Source: Parachlamydiales bacterium (lineage in GTDB: Bacteria; Chlamydiota; Chlamydiia; Chlamydiales; FEN-1388). From it: a stretch of DNA of 44,576 bases. Below are positions 34,281 to 42,125 of this stretch, piece after piece; the stretch's first letter is position 1, and each line of letters starts with the position of its first letter. A program made the translations under genes and the position numbers. The notes below the pieces were generated by a model. The model was given only the letters and a program-made list of their open reading frames with translations. It made no database searches and had not been told where the DNA came from. The DNA is taken from NCBI GenBank assembly GCA_039806815.1, contig JBDHQC010000001.1, positions 1 to 44,576 of the forward strand, given 5' to 3'.

Positions 34281-35354
34281 TTAATGTGTAATTGGAAATA
34301 GGATAGTATGGATTGCTTGAAAAATTTTTTTGCCTTCTTCCAGAGAAAAGGCTCTATTGTGGTGAGTACAAGTTTTTTGTGCATGAATAGCGTCATTGAA
34401 GACCACAAAGGGAAAAGGACATGATTTTACAACAGAATTGTCCAATTTAATAGATGAAAAATCTTTGTAACCTCGTAATTTTAACGCATTAAGAAAAGTG
34501 CAAGGTTTTCCGACGACGGGATCTTTTGTTGAATAGATGACGAGTTTTTTTCCTTTAAGAGCTGTAAATTTATCTACGGCAGGTGCTTTCCAGCCACAAA
34601 TACGAAATAAAGAAGAGAGAATAGTCCCTTTAACGCCACCTATGAACTGATTTATGACTGATGAAATATCTTCATATGATCTATCTGACACCAAGGATAT
34701 ACTTTTTAAGGGGTACAGCTCCTGGATTTTATAAGCGCCAAGTAAAGCATGAAGGCCGCCATCTGAATGGCCATAGCATATGATATCTTCCGGGTCAAAA
34801 CCTTCCTCGTTTATGAGATGTTTATAGAGTTTATATACACTATAGCCAATGTTGGAAGGCGTTTGTTGTCCTGTGCTTTCTATGATCCCAGGATTATTCA
34901 CGAATGCAACTGTTATATCGCCAAGATAAGATCGTATACATGTAATGAGGCGTTCTGAATAGGGCATCTCTTCGTAAAATCTTCCCATTCCGAGGCTTAC
35001 GATAATTGCCTTATGGATCGAACCTTTAAAAATCGCAGTGTCAATGCTTGCATCTGACTTTCCTTTTAAAAAAATGCGATTTCCAGTACATCTTTCAAGA
35101 AGCTCTTTTCGCATTTTTGCAAAAATCTGCATGAGGTGAGGATTTTTGTTGTAATTCAATGCAGGGTTCACAAAAGAAAGAAGCTTTGATGCGCAAAAGT
35201 CTCTTGCAGTTGAAAACGATGATAATAAAGACGAAATTGTTGTATGCATCAGGCCTCTTTTAAAAAATGCCCAACGAAGTGTAAAGAGGAAAAAATATAA
35301 AATACAGTGAAAAGTTTGAGGGTAAATCATGAAATCACTTGTAACGTTTGACAT
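34281..35354 (-). CDS. Alpha/beta-hydrolase-fold protein (lipase/esterase-like)
   Basis: Nucleophile elbow ICYGHSDGG (GxSxG). The listed start overlaps the divergent downstream gene; an alternative ATG at 35249 (MHTTISS...) avoids this. Confidence 0.55.
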   Translation of the reverse strand: MSNVTSDFMIYPQTFHCILYFFLFTLRWAFFKRGLMHTTISSLLSSFSTARDFCASKLLSFVNPALNYNKNPHLMQIFAKMRKELLERCTGNRIFLKGKSDASIDTAIFKGSIHKAIIVSLGMGRFYEEMPYSERLITCIRSYLGDITVAFVNNPGIIESTGQQTPSNIGYSVYKLYKHLINEEGFDPEDIICYGHSDGGLHALLGAYKIQELYPLKSISLVSDRSYEDISSVINQFIGGVKGTILSSLFRICGWKAPAVDKFTALKGKKLVIYSTKDPVVGKPCTFLNALKLRGYKDFSSIKLDNSVVKSCPFPFVVFNDAIHAQKTCTHHNRAFSLEEGKKIFQAIHTILFPITH

Positions 35355-36207
35355 TGATACATGGGATGGGTCAATTTCTGAAGAGAATAAAAAAATAGCT
35401 TTACAAGAGTTGGAAAATGGAAAAGTTCTCTATTTTCCAAAGTTGTCATTTCCCTTACAGGAACAAGAAATACAATTTCTTACTCCCAACATTCTCGATC
35501 CTAAATCTAAAAATATTAGTTACGATATTCGAAAAGATAGTGTACGTGGGACGATCTGCCCGGAAGTTGAGAGTATGAAATTACGCGACATGCTCAATCG
35601 TTATGCAGTCCATAGTAAATCTTTTTTGGAATTCCTGATTCCTCATTATGCATCTACTCTTATTCAAGCAAAAACGAGTTTTCGTCCTGCTGAGATAAAG
35701 AATAGAAAAACTTCTTATAAAAAGGACGATACGCTATTGCACGTCGATTCATTCCCCTCGAATCCGACAAAAGGTCAACGAATATTACGGGTATTTACAA
35801 ACATAAACCAAAATGGGCAACCTCGCGTATGGAAAGTTGGAGAGCCTTTTGAGGATGTGGCAAAAAAGTTTGCTCTGAATGCAAGCTCTCCTCTTAGTGG
35901 AATTGCATATTTGTTGAAATTACTGAAAATTACAAAAGACTATAGAACTCCCTATGATCATTACATGCTCCAGATTCACGATGCGATGAAGCAAAATAAA
36001 CAGTATCAGGAAACAGTATCACAAGAAGAAATTCGGTTTCCCCCTCAAAGCACCTGGATTGTATATACAGATCAAGTATCTCATGCAGCGCTTTCTGGAC
36101 AACACGTTCTTGAACAAACCTTTCACATGCCAGTCAAAGGTCTTTACAATGAGGCAACTGCACCTTTGAGAATGCTCGAGAAAATACTACGCAAAGCTTT
36201 GGTTTAA
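35329..36207 (+). CDS. Kdo hydroxylase (KdoO)-like Fe(II)/2-oxoglutarate dioxygenase (Pfam Kdo_hydroxy/DUF2843-like)
   Basis: LENGKVLYFPKLSFPL..E..FLTP....KSKNISYD; LLHVDSFPSNPTKGQRILRVFTNINQNGQPRVWKVGEPFEDVAKKF; YDHYMLQIHDAMK...YQ; FPPQSTWIVYTDQVSHAALSGQHVLEQTF. An HxD...H triad is present (H138, D140, H252). Confidence 0.6.
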   Translation: MKSLVTFDIDTWDGSISEENKKIALQELENGKVLYFPKLSFPLQEQEIQFLTPNILDPKSKNISYDIRKDSVRGTICPEVESMKLRDMLNRYAVHSKSFLEFLIPHYASTLIQAKTSFRPAEIKNRKTSYKKDDTLLHVDSFPSNPTKGQRILRVFTNINQNGQPRVWKVGEPFEDVAKKFALNASSPLSGIAYLLKLLKITKDYRTPYDHYMLQIHDAMKQNKQYQETVSQEEIRFPPQSTWIVYTDQVSHAALSGQHVLEQTFHMPVKGLYNEATAPLRMLEKILRKALV

Positions 36208-37500
36208 AGGAAATCTCGAGATGAGATAAAGGGGGTAATTGTAGATATTCCCATCGTGTTTTAGATTCATTGTGCTCGTTCTAATGAGCTTTGATGAGGG
36301 ATATTTTTGCTTGTAAACGAGAAGGCTCTTTTTTTTCTGACTTATACCTGATTTGACCTCTATTGGAAAGATTTCATGGTCTTCTTGTATTAAGAAACCA
36401 ACTTCTGCTGTTCCTTCACTAGTCCAATAATAGAGCTCTTTGTGGTTTTTCGCGATCAGTTCTTGTGCTACGTAGTTTTCTGTAAGTGCGCCTTTGAACT
36501 CTGTGAATAAGATATCTCCATCGATGATGGTACGAGGATTGAGATTGCTTTGAGCGCCGAGTAAGCCCACATCAATTAGAAAAATCTTGAATATTGAATA
36601 ATCAGCATAGGCAGAAAGAGGAAATTTTGGAGATTCTGCGAGATGGCTTTTATGGATGAGCCCTGCATCAGAAAGCCAACAGATAGCATCTTCGTAGTCC
36701 CTTCTTCGAGCACTTTTTCTGATTGCTGCAAAAATAAATTTCTTATTTTCCTTTGCTAGTTGGCGGTGAACCTGTTTCCAGACAGTCGTGATCTTCATTA
36801 TCTCATGCGTTGGAGCATGTTTTGAAAAGTCTTTTTCATATGCATTTAAGATTTCATGCTGTATTTCTCTTACAGTATCTAATTTTTCAGTCTTTGCATA
36901 TTCAGCACAAGCTTCAGGCATTCCACCAACAAAAAAATACACTTTCAATAAGTGGATTAATTTTTCGTGCATTGGGTTCAAAAGGGGGTCGTAGGTGTGA
37001 TATTCTTCCAGATAACCTCTCGTTTTTTCATGACCTATTGCAGAGAGAAATTCGAAAAATGTCAAAGGGTACAAATTTAGAAAGTTTACCTTACCGACGG
37101 GGAACCCTTTTTCTTGAGCTATTTTTACTCCTAAAAGTGAACCTGCAGCGCACACGTGGTATTCATTTGCTTCTTCGCAGAAGTACTTTAAACTATTAAG
37201 TGCTTTTGGACATTCTTGGATTTCATCGAAAATTAAAAGTGTGTGATCCGGTACTATATCTACTTCTGTGTGAATGCTGAGAATTTTTATTAACTCTTTT
37301 GGATCTAGCGTTCGATCAAAATATTGAGCAAGGTTTTCATCTCTTTCAAAATTCAGATAAGCAATCTTTTTGTAAGACGTTCTTCCAAAATGCTTGAGAG
37401 CATACGTTTTTCCAACTTGCCGGGCTCCGTTTAATATTAAAGGTTTGCGACGAGCCAAAAGTTTCCATTTTTCAAGGAGGTCATATATATCTCTTTTCAT
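36187..37500 (-). CDS. AAA_14 / DUF4143-family ATPase
   Basis: Walker A NGARQVGKTY, Walker B LLIFDEIQ. Family-typical N-terminus (RDIYDLLEKW...RRKPLIL) and a C-terminal DUF4143-like region (...LTENYVAQEL...YYW...EVGFLI). Confidence 0.8.
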   Translation of the reverse strand: MKRDIYDLLEKWKLLARRKPLILNGARQVGKTYALKHFGRTSYKKIAYLNFERDENLAQYFDRTLDPKELIKILSIHTEVDIVPDHTLLIFDEIQECPKALNSLKYFCEEANEYHVCAAGSLLGVKIAQEKGFPVGKVNFLNLYPLTFFEFLSAIGHEKTRGYLEEYHTYDPLLNPMHEKLIHLLKVYFFVGGMPEACAEYAKTEKLDTVREIQHEILNAYEKDFSKHAPTHEIMKITTVWKQVHRQLAKENKKFIFAAIRKSARRRDYEDAICWLSDAGLIHKSHLAESPKFPLSAYADYSIFKIFLIDVGLLGAQSNLNPRTIIDGDILFTEFKGALTENYVAQELIAKNHKELYYWTSEGTAEVGFLIQEDHEIFPIEVKSGISQKKKSLLVYKQKYPSSKLIRTSTMNLKHDGNIYNYPLYLISRFPLNQSFA

Positions 37501-37564
37501 GACCTTAACGTATGCTTATGTAAAAATGAAATCAAGCTATTCCTACAAAAAATGTGCGAATTTT

Positions 37565-37621
37565 CACGTTATTCGTTGGAAAAACGTGGTTAATTAACAC
37601 GTTTTTCCAACGAATAACGTG
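37565..37621. repeat. Perfect 24-bp inverted repeat with a 9-nt spacer
   Basis: CACGTTATTCGTTGGAAAAACGTG - gttaattaa - CACGTTTTTCCAACGAATAACGTG. It lies between the dnaB stop (37641) and the ATPase start (37500). Confidence 0.9.
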
Positions 37622-37640
37622 TATTTTATTATAAAATAAT

Positions 37641-39095
37641 TTAATTTGCTGGAGCAAAGGTACTAAAAGCATTTTGCGTTTCTTCATCAGGGATGCCCTG
37701 TACTTGTTGACTTTGCATGGAAAAGTTTGCAAACTGTGCGATTTCTTTTCGATAGGTTAAGAAAACAGAGCCAACAGATCCATGGCGGTTCTTTGCAACG
37801 ATGAGCTCTGCTTGTCCTGGCCGATCGTGGGGGTCATAGTATTCTCTTCGAAGTAAAAACATGATGATGTCGGCATCTTGTTCTATAGAACCTGATTCTC
37901 TTAAGTCTGACATCATGGGGCGATGGCCTTGCCGTTCTTCGACTTTTCGAGAAAGCTGTGAGATGCAAAGAATTGGCACGTCGAGTTCACGAGCGAGATT
38001 TTTTAACATCCTCGAGATTTCAGAAATTTCGTTTTGACGATTTTCTGCATTTTTAGAGGCACCTGAACCTGATAGAAGCTGTAAGTAGTCGATGATGATA
38101 AGGCCGATTCCGTGGGTTTCTTTCATGCGTCTTGCGCGTGCTCGCAAATCTGTGATTTTAAGTCCTGGTTGATCATCAATGATAATTTGATGCTGTTGCA
38201 TTTCATTTACAGCGACGACTACCCGTTGAAATTCTAAAGGGGACAATGACCCGGTAATAATTTTGTCAGACTCAACTTCGGATTGAGAACAGACCATTCT
38301 ATGTACGAGCTGTTCTGCTGTCATTTCTAAAGAAAATACACCTACAGTAGTTTTGTGCCTGAAAGCAACATTTTCTGCGATGTTTATGGCAAGTGCTGTT
38401 TTTCCCATTGCAGGGCGAGCTGCTAATATGAGGAGGTGAGATTTATTCAACCCATTTATCATTTTATCGAGATCGATAAAAAACGTGGGGATTCCCGTAA
38501 TTCCGGGATCGTCGTCTGTTCTATTTAAGTAGGCTTCTTGTCGTGCTTCGAGTTCTTTTACAAATGAAAGCTTTGAGTTTGATTTTATTCCGGAAAGGAT
38601 TTCGTGTAATAAAAGCCCTGCCTTTGAATGTGCAGACTGTCCTATTTGATAAAAGAGCTGCTGTGCATCGTCGAGTGTAGACTGTACGTTTTTGGGATCC
38701 TCGAGAGCTGCTTTTTCTACCTTTTGACATGCTCCGATCATCCATCGCAAAATGGACTTGTCTTTTACAATTTCGACGTATTCTTCGATATAGGCAGAGG
38801 TTCCTGCATATTGTGCAAGAGTCGTAAGGTATGCGACACCACCAATTTGGGTGAGTTGATTTTTCCTCTTTAGATCTTCTGCAATGAGGTGAATGTCAGC
38901 AGGCTTATCGCTTTTATATGCCTCTTTAAGGGATTGAAAAATGAGTTTATGTTCTGAAAAATAAAATTCAGAATCATCGAGTGCATCCGCTGCAATATTG
39001 AGGCTATTTATGCTCGTAAGCATACATCCAAGAACCATCATTTCCGATTCTTTTGAATGGGGGGGGAGACGAATTTTTGATGGGGTGTCTGTCAT
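37641..39095 (-). CDS. dnaB: Replicative DNA helicase DnaB
   Basis: PPHSKESEMMVLGCML, LLILAARPAMGKTALAINIA, IIIDYLQLL, ISQLSRKVEERQGHRPMMSDLRESGSIEQDAD. Confidence 0.95.
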   Translation of the reverse strand: MTDTPSKIRLPPHSKESEMMVLGCMLTSINSLNIAADALDDSEFYFSEHKLIFQSLKEAYKSDKPADIHLIAEDLKRKNQLTQIGGVAYLTTLAQYAGTSAYIEEYVEIVKDKSILRWMIGACQKVEKAALEDPKNVQSTLDDAQQLFYQIGQSAHSKAGLLLHEILSGIKSNSKLSFVKELEARQEAYLNRTDDDPGITGIPTFFIDLDKMINGLNKSHLLILAARPAMGKTALAINIAENVAFRHKTTVGVFSLEMTAEQLVHRMVCSQSEVESDKIITGSLSPLEFQRVVVAVNEMQQHQIIIDDQPGLKITDLRARARRMKETHGIGLIIIDYLQLLSGSGASKNAENRQNEISEISRMLKNLARELDVPILCISQLSRKVEERQGHRPMMSDLRESGSIEQDADIIMFLLRREYYDPHDRPGQAELIVAKNRHGSVGSVFLTYRKEIAQFANFSMQSQQVQGIPDEETQNAFSTFAPAN

Positions 39096-39140
39096 ATAAA
39101 CTCATTGTATAGTAATTCATTGTAGTACTGAAGAGTATTT

Positions 39141-39833
39141 TCACAAAGAAAGAAAAGAACTCATCGAGGGAAAGCTTTCTTTATCTTTATAAAACTCATC
39201 ACTTTTGCAAGATTCCACGATGGATCCATTTTTCATAAAATGAAGAGTGTACTTTTTAAGTTTTGATGCAAGTGTCATGTCGTGTGTTGCAACGAGAACT
39301 ATTTTGCCTTGTTCGCATAAATCTTCAAGAGTACCTCGTATTTGAGTTGCCAAAAGTGGGTCTAAAGCAGAAGTTGGTTCATCAAAGCAAATAATCTGAG
39401 GGTTTAAACTTAAAGTTCTTGCAATTGCAAGTCGCTGTTTTTCTCCTCCGGAAAGCGTCAAAACGCTATTTTTTGCCTTATCCAAAAGCCCATATTGATC
39501 TAAGAGAAAAAAAGCAGTCTCCGTTGCTTCTTTTTTAGTTTTTTTGAGACATTTTTCTAAAGGAAGCGTTATGTTTCTTTCAACTGTCAAGTGCTCGAAT
39601 AAATTGAAATGCTGAAAGACCATGCCAACGTGGTTATTTATGCAATGTCCATTATAGGAGATGACGCCCTCTTCATAGTCTTCGAGATTGCAAAGGGTTC
39701 GCAATAAGGTCGATTTTCCAGCTCCGGAATGGCCCAGGAAAAGTAAAAGCTCTCCTTTTTGTGCACAAAAGTTTACTCCTTGTAAGGCAAATGCATTGCC
39801 AATTTTTTTAGATAGATTTTTCACCTTGAGCAT
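39141..39833 (-). CDS. Polar amino-acid ABC transporter, ATP-binding protein (GlnQ/ArtP-like)
   Basis: Walker A GHSGAGKST, signature LSGGEKQRLAIARTL, Walker B IICFDEPTSALD. The start is uncertain (ATG at 39833, 39854 or 39863); all overlap the end of the permease gene. Confidence 0.85.
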   Translation of the reverse strand: MLKVKNLSKKIGNAFALQGVNFCAQKGELLLFLGHSGAGKSTLLRTLCNLEDYEEGVISYNGHCINNHVGMVFQHFNLFEHLTVERNITLPLEKCLKKTKKEATETAFFLLDQYGLLDKAKNSVLTLSGGEKQRLAIARTLSLNPQIICFDEPTSALDPLLATQIRGTLEDLCEQGKIVLVATHDMTLASKLKKYTLHFMKNGSIVESCKSDEFYKDKESFPSMSSFLSL

Positions 39834-40491
39834 AGAGCTTCTTCCTTTTTGCATAGAGTTCAAGAAAAAAAGTAACCAAACTCGTAAGAACGAGATAAAG
39901 GATCGCGACCATCAGAAGTATGCTGAATGCATCGTATGTTCTACTTCGTATGATCGATCCTTCTTTTGTAAGTTCCATTACCCCAACAATTGAGGCAAGG
40001 CTTGAGTCCTTAATTAACGTGACGAGTTCATTTCCAAGGGCAAAATACGAATTTTTCAAACCTTGTGGTAAAATGATGTACAGCATGGTTTGAAGTTTTG
40101 TAAATCCAAGCGTTTGTGCTGCTTCTTTTTGCCCATGTCCTATGGCAAGAATTCCGGAACGTATGATCTGACTTACATAGGCAGAGCTATTTAAACCGAT
40201 TGCAAGGACGCAAGAAAACAACGGATTCAGCTTTATTCCAATTTGTGGAAGGACAAAAAAAATGAATAAGATCTGAATGAGCATGGGAGTGCCACGAATG
40301 ATACCGACGTAAAGTCGTAAAAGGGATTGTACAGTTGTGTTCTTGCAATCTTCTAAAAGTCCCAAAACAATCCCTAATGTATATCCAATGCATGCAGAAA
40401 ATATCGTGATTTGAATCGTGACAAACGCGCCATGTAAAAGAGAGGGCAAAGACGACCACATGAGTTCATAGTCAATCATGAAAGTCCCCAC
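39808..40491 (-). CDS. Polar amino-acid ABC transporter permease (HisM/GlnP/ArtQ family)
   Basis: Five-TM protein with the EAA-like loop ...GQKEAAQTLGFTKLQTMLYIILPQ... Confidence 0.85.
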   Translation of the reverse strand: MGTFMIDYELMWSSLPSLLHGAFVTIQITIFSACIGYTLGIVLGLLEDCKNTTVQSLLRLYVGIIRGTPMLIQILFIFFVLPQIGIKLNPLFSCVLAIGLNSSAYVSQIIRSGILAIGHGQKEAAQTLGFTKLQTMLYIILPQGLKNSYFALGNELVTLIKDSSLASIVGVMELTKEGSIIRSRTYDAFSILLMVAILYLVLTSLVTFFLELYAKRKKLYAQGEKSI

Positions 40492-41201
40492 TTTGTTTTA
40501 AAAGATGAAATTGTTCCATCTTTTTCCATTTCGTCGAGTGCCTCTTGAATATCTTTTAGGAGCTGGGGATCTTTTTTCGAAACGAGCATTGCACAGTTTT
40601 CAGAAGTTCCTTCCAGGATATCTACCTGATAGTTTTTTGGATTTTCTTTTTCAAAAAACGGCAAAGTAACACTCTTTGCAGTGACGAAAGCATCGATTCT
40701 CTCAGTTTTCAGTGCAAGAAAACCGTCTTGTGAGAAAGAAAATCGCGTTAGCGTTACATTTGGAATAGTAGAAAGATATAGATCGTGCGTGTAGCCTTCG
40801 CAAACACCTATGTTTTTCCCGCTAAGTGAAAATTCTTCCATAGGTAATCGTACGACTACAAGAGGATCTCCTTGATGATAGGGTTTTGTAAATAAAGCTC
40901 TTTTTGCTCTTTCTTCTGTAATGGTCATGCCGGCAGCAATTATATCGACGTCATTCAGCGCGATGGAAGGAAGTAATGCATCAAAGGACATGTCTTTGAT
41001 TTCAATTTCCTTATTCATTCTCTTTGCTACTTCTTTTGCCATGTCGATATCGAATCCCACAATTTCGCGATCGGAAATGAATGTAAAAGGAGGAAATTCT
41101 GCATTAGTTCCAACAACTAGCGTAGAAGATTTTTCTAGGGCATGCATTGGTGTGCATATGCCAAGGCAAGAAATGGTTAATAATAAAATAAATTTATACA
41201 T
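40476..41201 (-). CDS. artJ: Periplasmic amino-acid (arginine)-binding protein, ArtJ-like
   Basis: Signal peptide, then LVVGTNAEFPPFTF...GFDIDMAKEVAKRM...DIIAAGMTITEERAK (SBP family 3). It sits in an operon with argR and the permease/ATPase genes, as in Chlamydia. Confidence 0.8.
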   Translation of the reverse strand: MYKFILLLTISCLGICTPMHALEKSSTLVVGTNAEFPPFTFISDREIVGFDIDMAKEVAKRMNKEIEIKDMSFDALLPSIALNDVDIIAAGMTITEERAKRALFTKPYHQGDPLVVVRLPMEEFSLSGKNIGVCEGYTHDLYLSTIPNVTLTRFSFSQDGFLALKTERIDAFVTAKSVTLPFFEKENPKNYQVDILEGTSENCAMLVSKKDPQLLKDIQEALDEMEKDGTISSFKTKWGLS

Positions 41202-41208
41202 AGAATTC

Positions 41209-41673
41209 TCACAATTTTTTATTTTTAAAATAAAGTGCTCGCTTTACCTGTTCGCACGTTGCATTAATTGTTTTGATCGATTTTGGAACGACAAAAATGG
41301 TATTTTCTCCTGCGATATTTCCCAAAATATCGAGATCTTTTTGCATATCCAGGAAATCGCCTACAAACCCTGCAAGTCCAGGCATTGAAAAAATGACAAT
41401 CATCGTTTCATTGCAAACGATATCGATGATGGCAAGTTTGAGGATCTCGCAGGAGACATCAGTCGAGGGAAGTTCATATTGAAGCATTCCGTTAACTTCT
41501 TTTTTTACGACCCCGAGTTCGTGTAGGTCTCGAGAAACCGATGCCTGGTTTGTAGAGATTCCATAAGAATTATTTAGCCTTTGAACGATGGACTCCTGAT
41601 CAGAAAGTGCTTCTTTCTTCAAGAGTTCTTTCAAAGCATTTTGCCTTATTTCTATCTGCGGATTTTTTGCCAT
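41209..41673 (-). CDS. argR: Arginine repressor ArgR
   Basis: N-terminal wHTH ...IVQRLNNSYGISTNQASVSRDLHELGVVK. C-terminal oligomerisation/arginine-binding domain ...GNIAGENTIFVV... Confidence 0.85.
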   Translation of the reverse strand: MAKNPQIEIRQNALKELLKKEALSDQESIVQRLNNSYGISTNQASVSRDLHELGVVKKEVNGMLQYELPSTDVSCEILKLAIIDIVCNETMIVIFSMPGLAGFVGDFLDMQKDLDILGNIAGENTIFVVPKSIKTINATCEQVKRALYFKNKKL

Positions 41674-41685
41674 ACCAGACCTAAG

Positions 41686-41741
41686 ATTGAATATTTATTC
41701 ATATTTAAGTGTATAATAATTCACAAAAAGAAATAAGTCAA
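41686..41741 (-). promoter_or_regulatory. argR operon promoter (TTGACT-17-TATTAT) overlapped by two tandem ARG boxes
   Basis: Box 1, 41686-41703: ATTGAATATTTATTCATA, a perfect TGAAT-N4-ATTCA core. Box 2, 41708-41725: core TGTATAATAATTCA, one mismatch. The boxes are 4 bp apart. On the minus strand the -35 TTGACT is at 41741-41736 and the -10 TATTAT at 41718-41713, inside box 2. Confidence 0.6.
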
Positions 41742-42080
41742 GCAAATAACAATGCAGATATGGAAAAAAGTGGTAATTTTTAATGATTTGATAACGACTA
41801 ATCTAACAAAACCTTCTTGAGGATAAGATTTTAAGCTCTTCTTCTCGTTAAAGAATTTTTTTATCGTTTTCCTACGTTGATTTTATTGGAGGCTTCGCAG
41901 AAACGGGCATATTTGAGGAGGTTGTAGTGAAGCTTGATGAGCAGCATGCGAATTGTGTTTTCTCAGCCATAGTTCTTCCCTTCATTTAATGATAAATTTA
42001 TACAAAACTATCATTTTTTCAATGAAAGATAGAGCTATGAATATTTATTTATATTAAAGTGGGAATTTCAGAAAGTTTGA

Positions 42081-42122
42081 AAAAAATATAGTATCGAATG
42101 TCAATTTGACATTCGATACTAT
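42081..42122 (-). terminator. Strong intrinsic terminator after the PI4K-like gene
   Basis: ATAGTATCGAATGTCAA-t-TTGACATTCGATACTAT is a 17-bp perfect palindrome starting 4 nt after the stop codon. On the minus strand it is followed by ATTTTTTT. Confidence 0.75.
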
Positions 42123-42125
42123 AAA

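Noticed and set aside
41818-41826. Single near-consensus DnaA box (TTATCCTCA on the minus strand) in the long argR-upstream spacer, not far from dnaB.
   Set aside because: It is one site with one mismatch, with no cluster and no adjacent AT-rich unwinding element or dnaA/dnaN gene, so it is likely chance.
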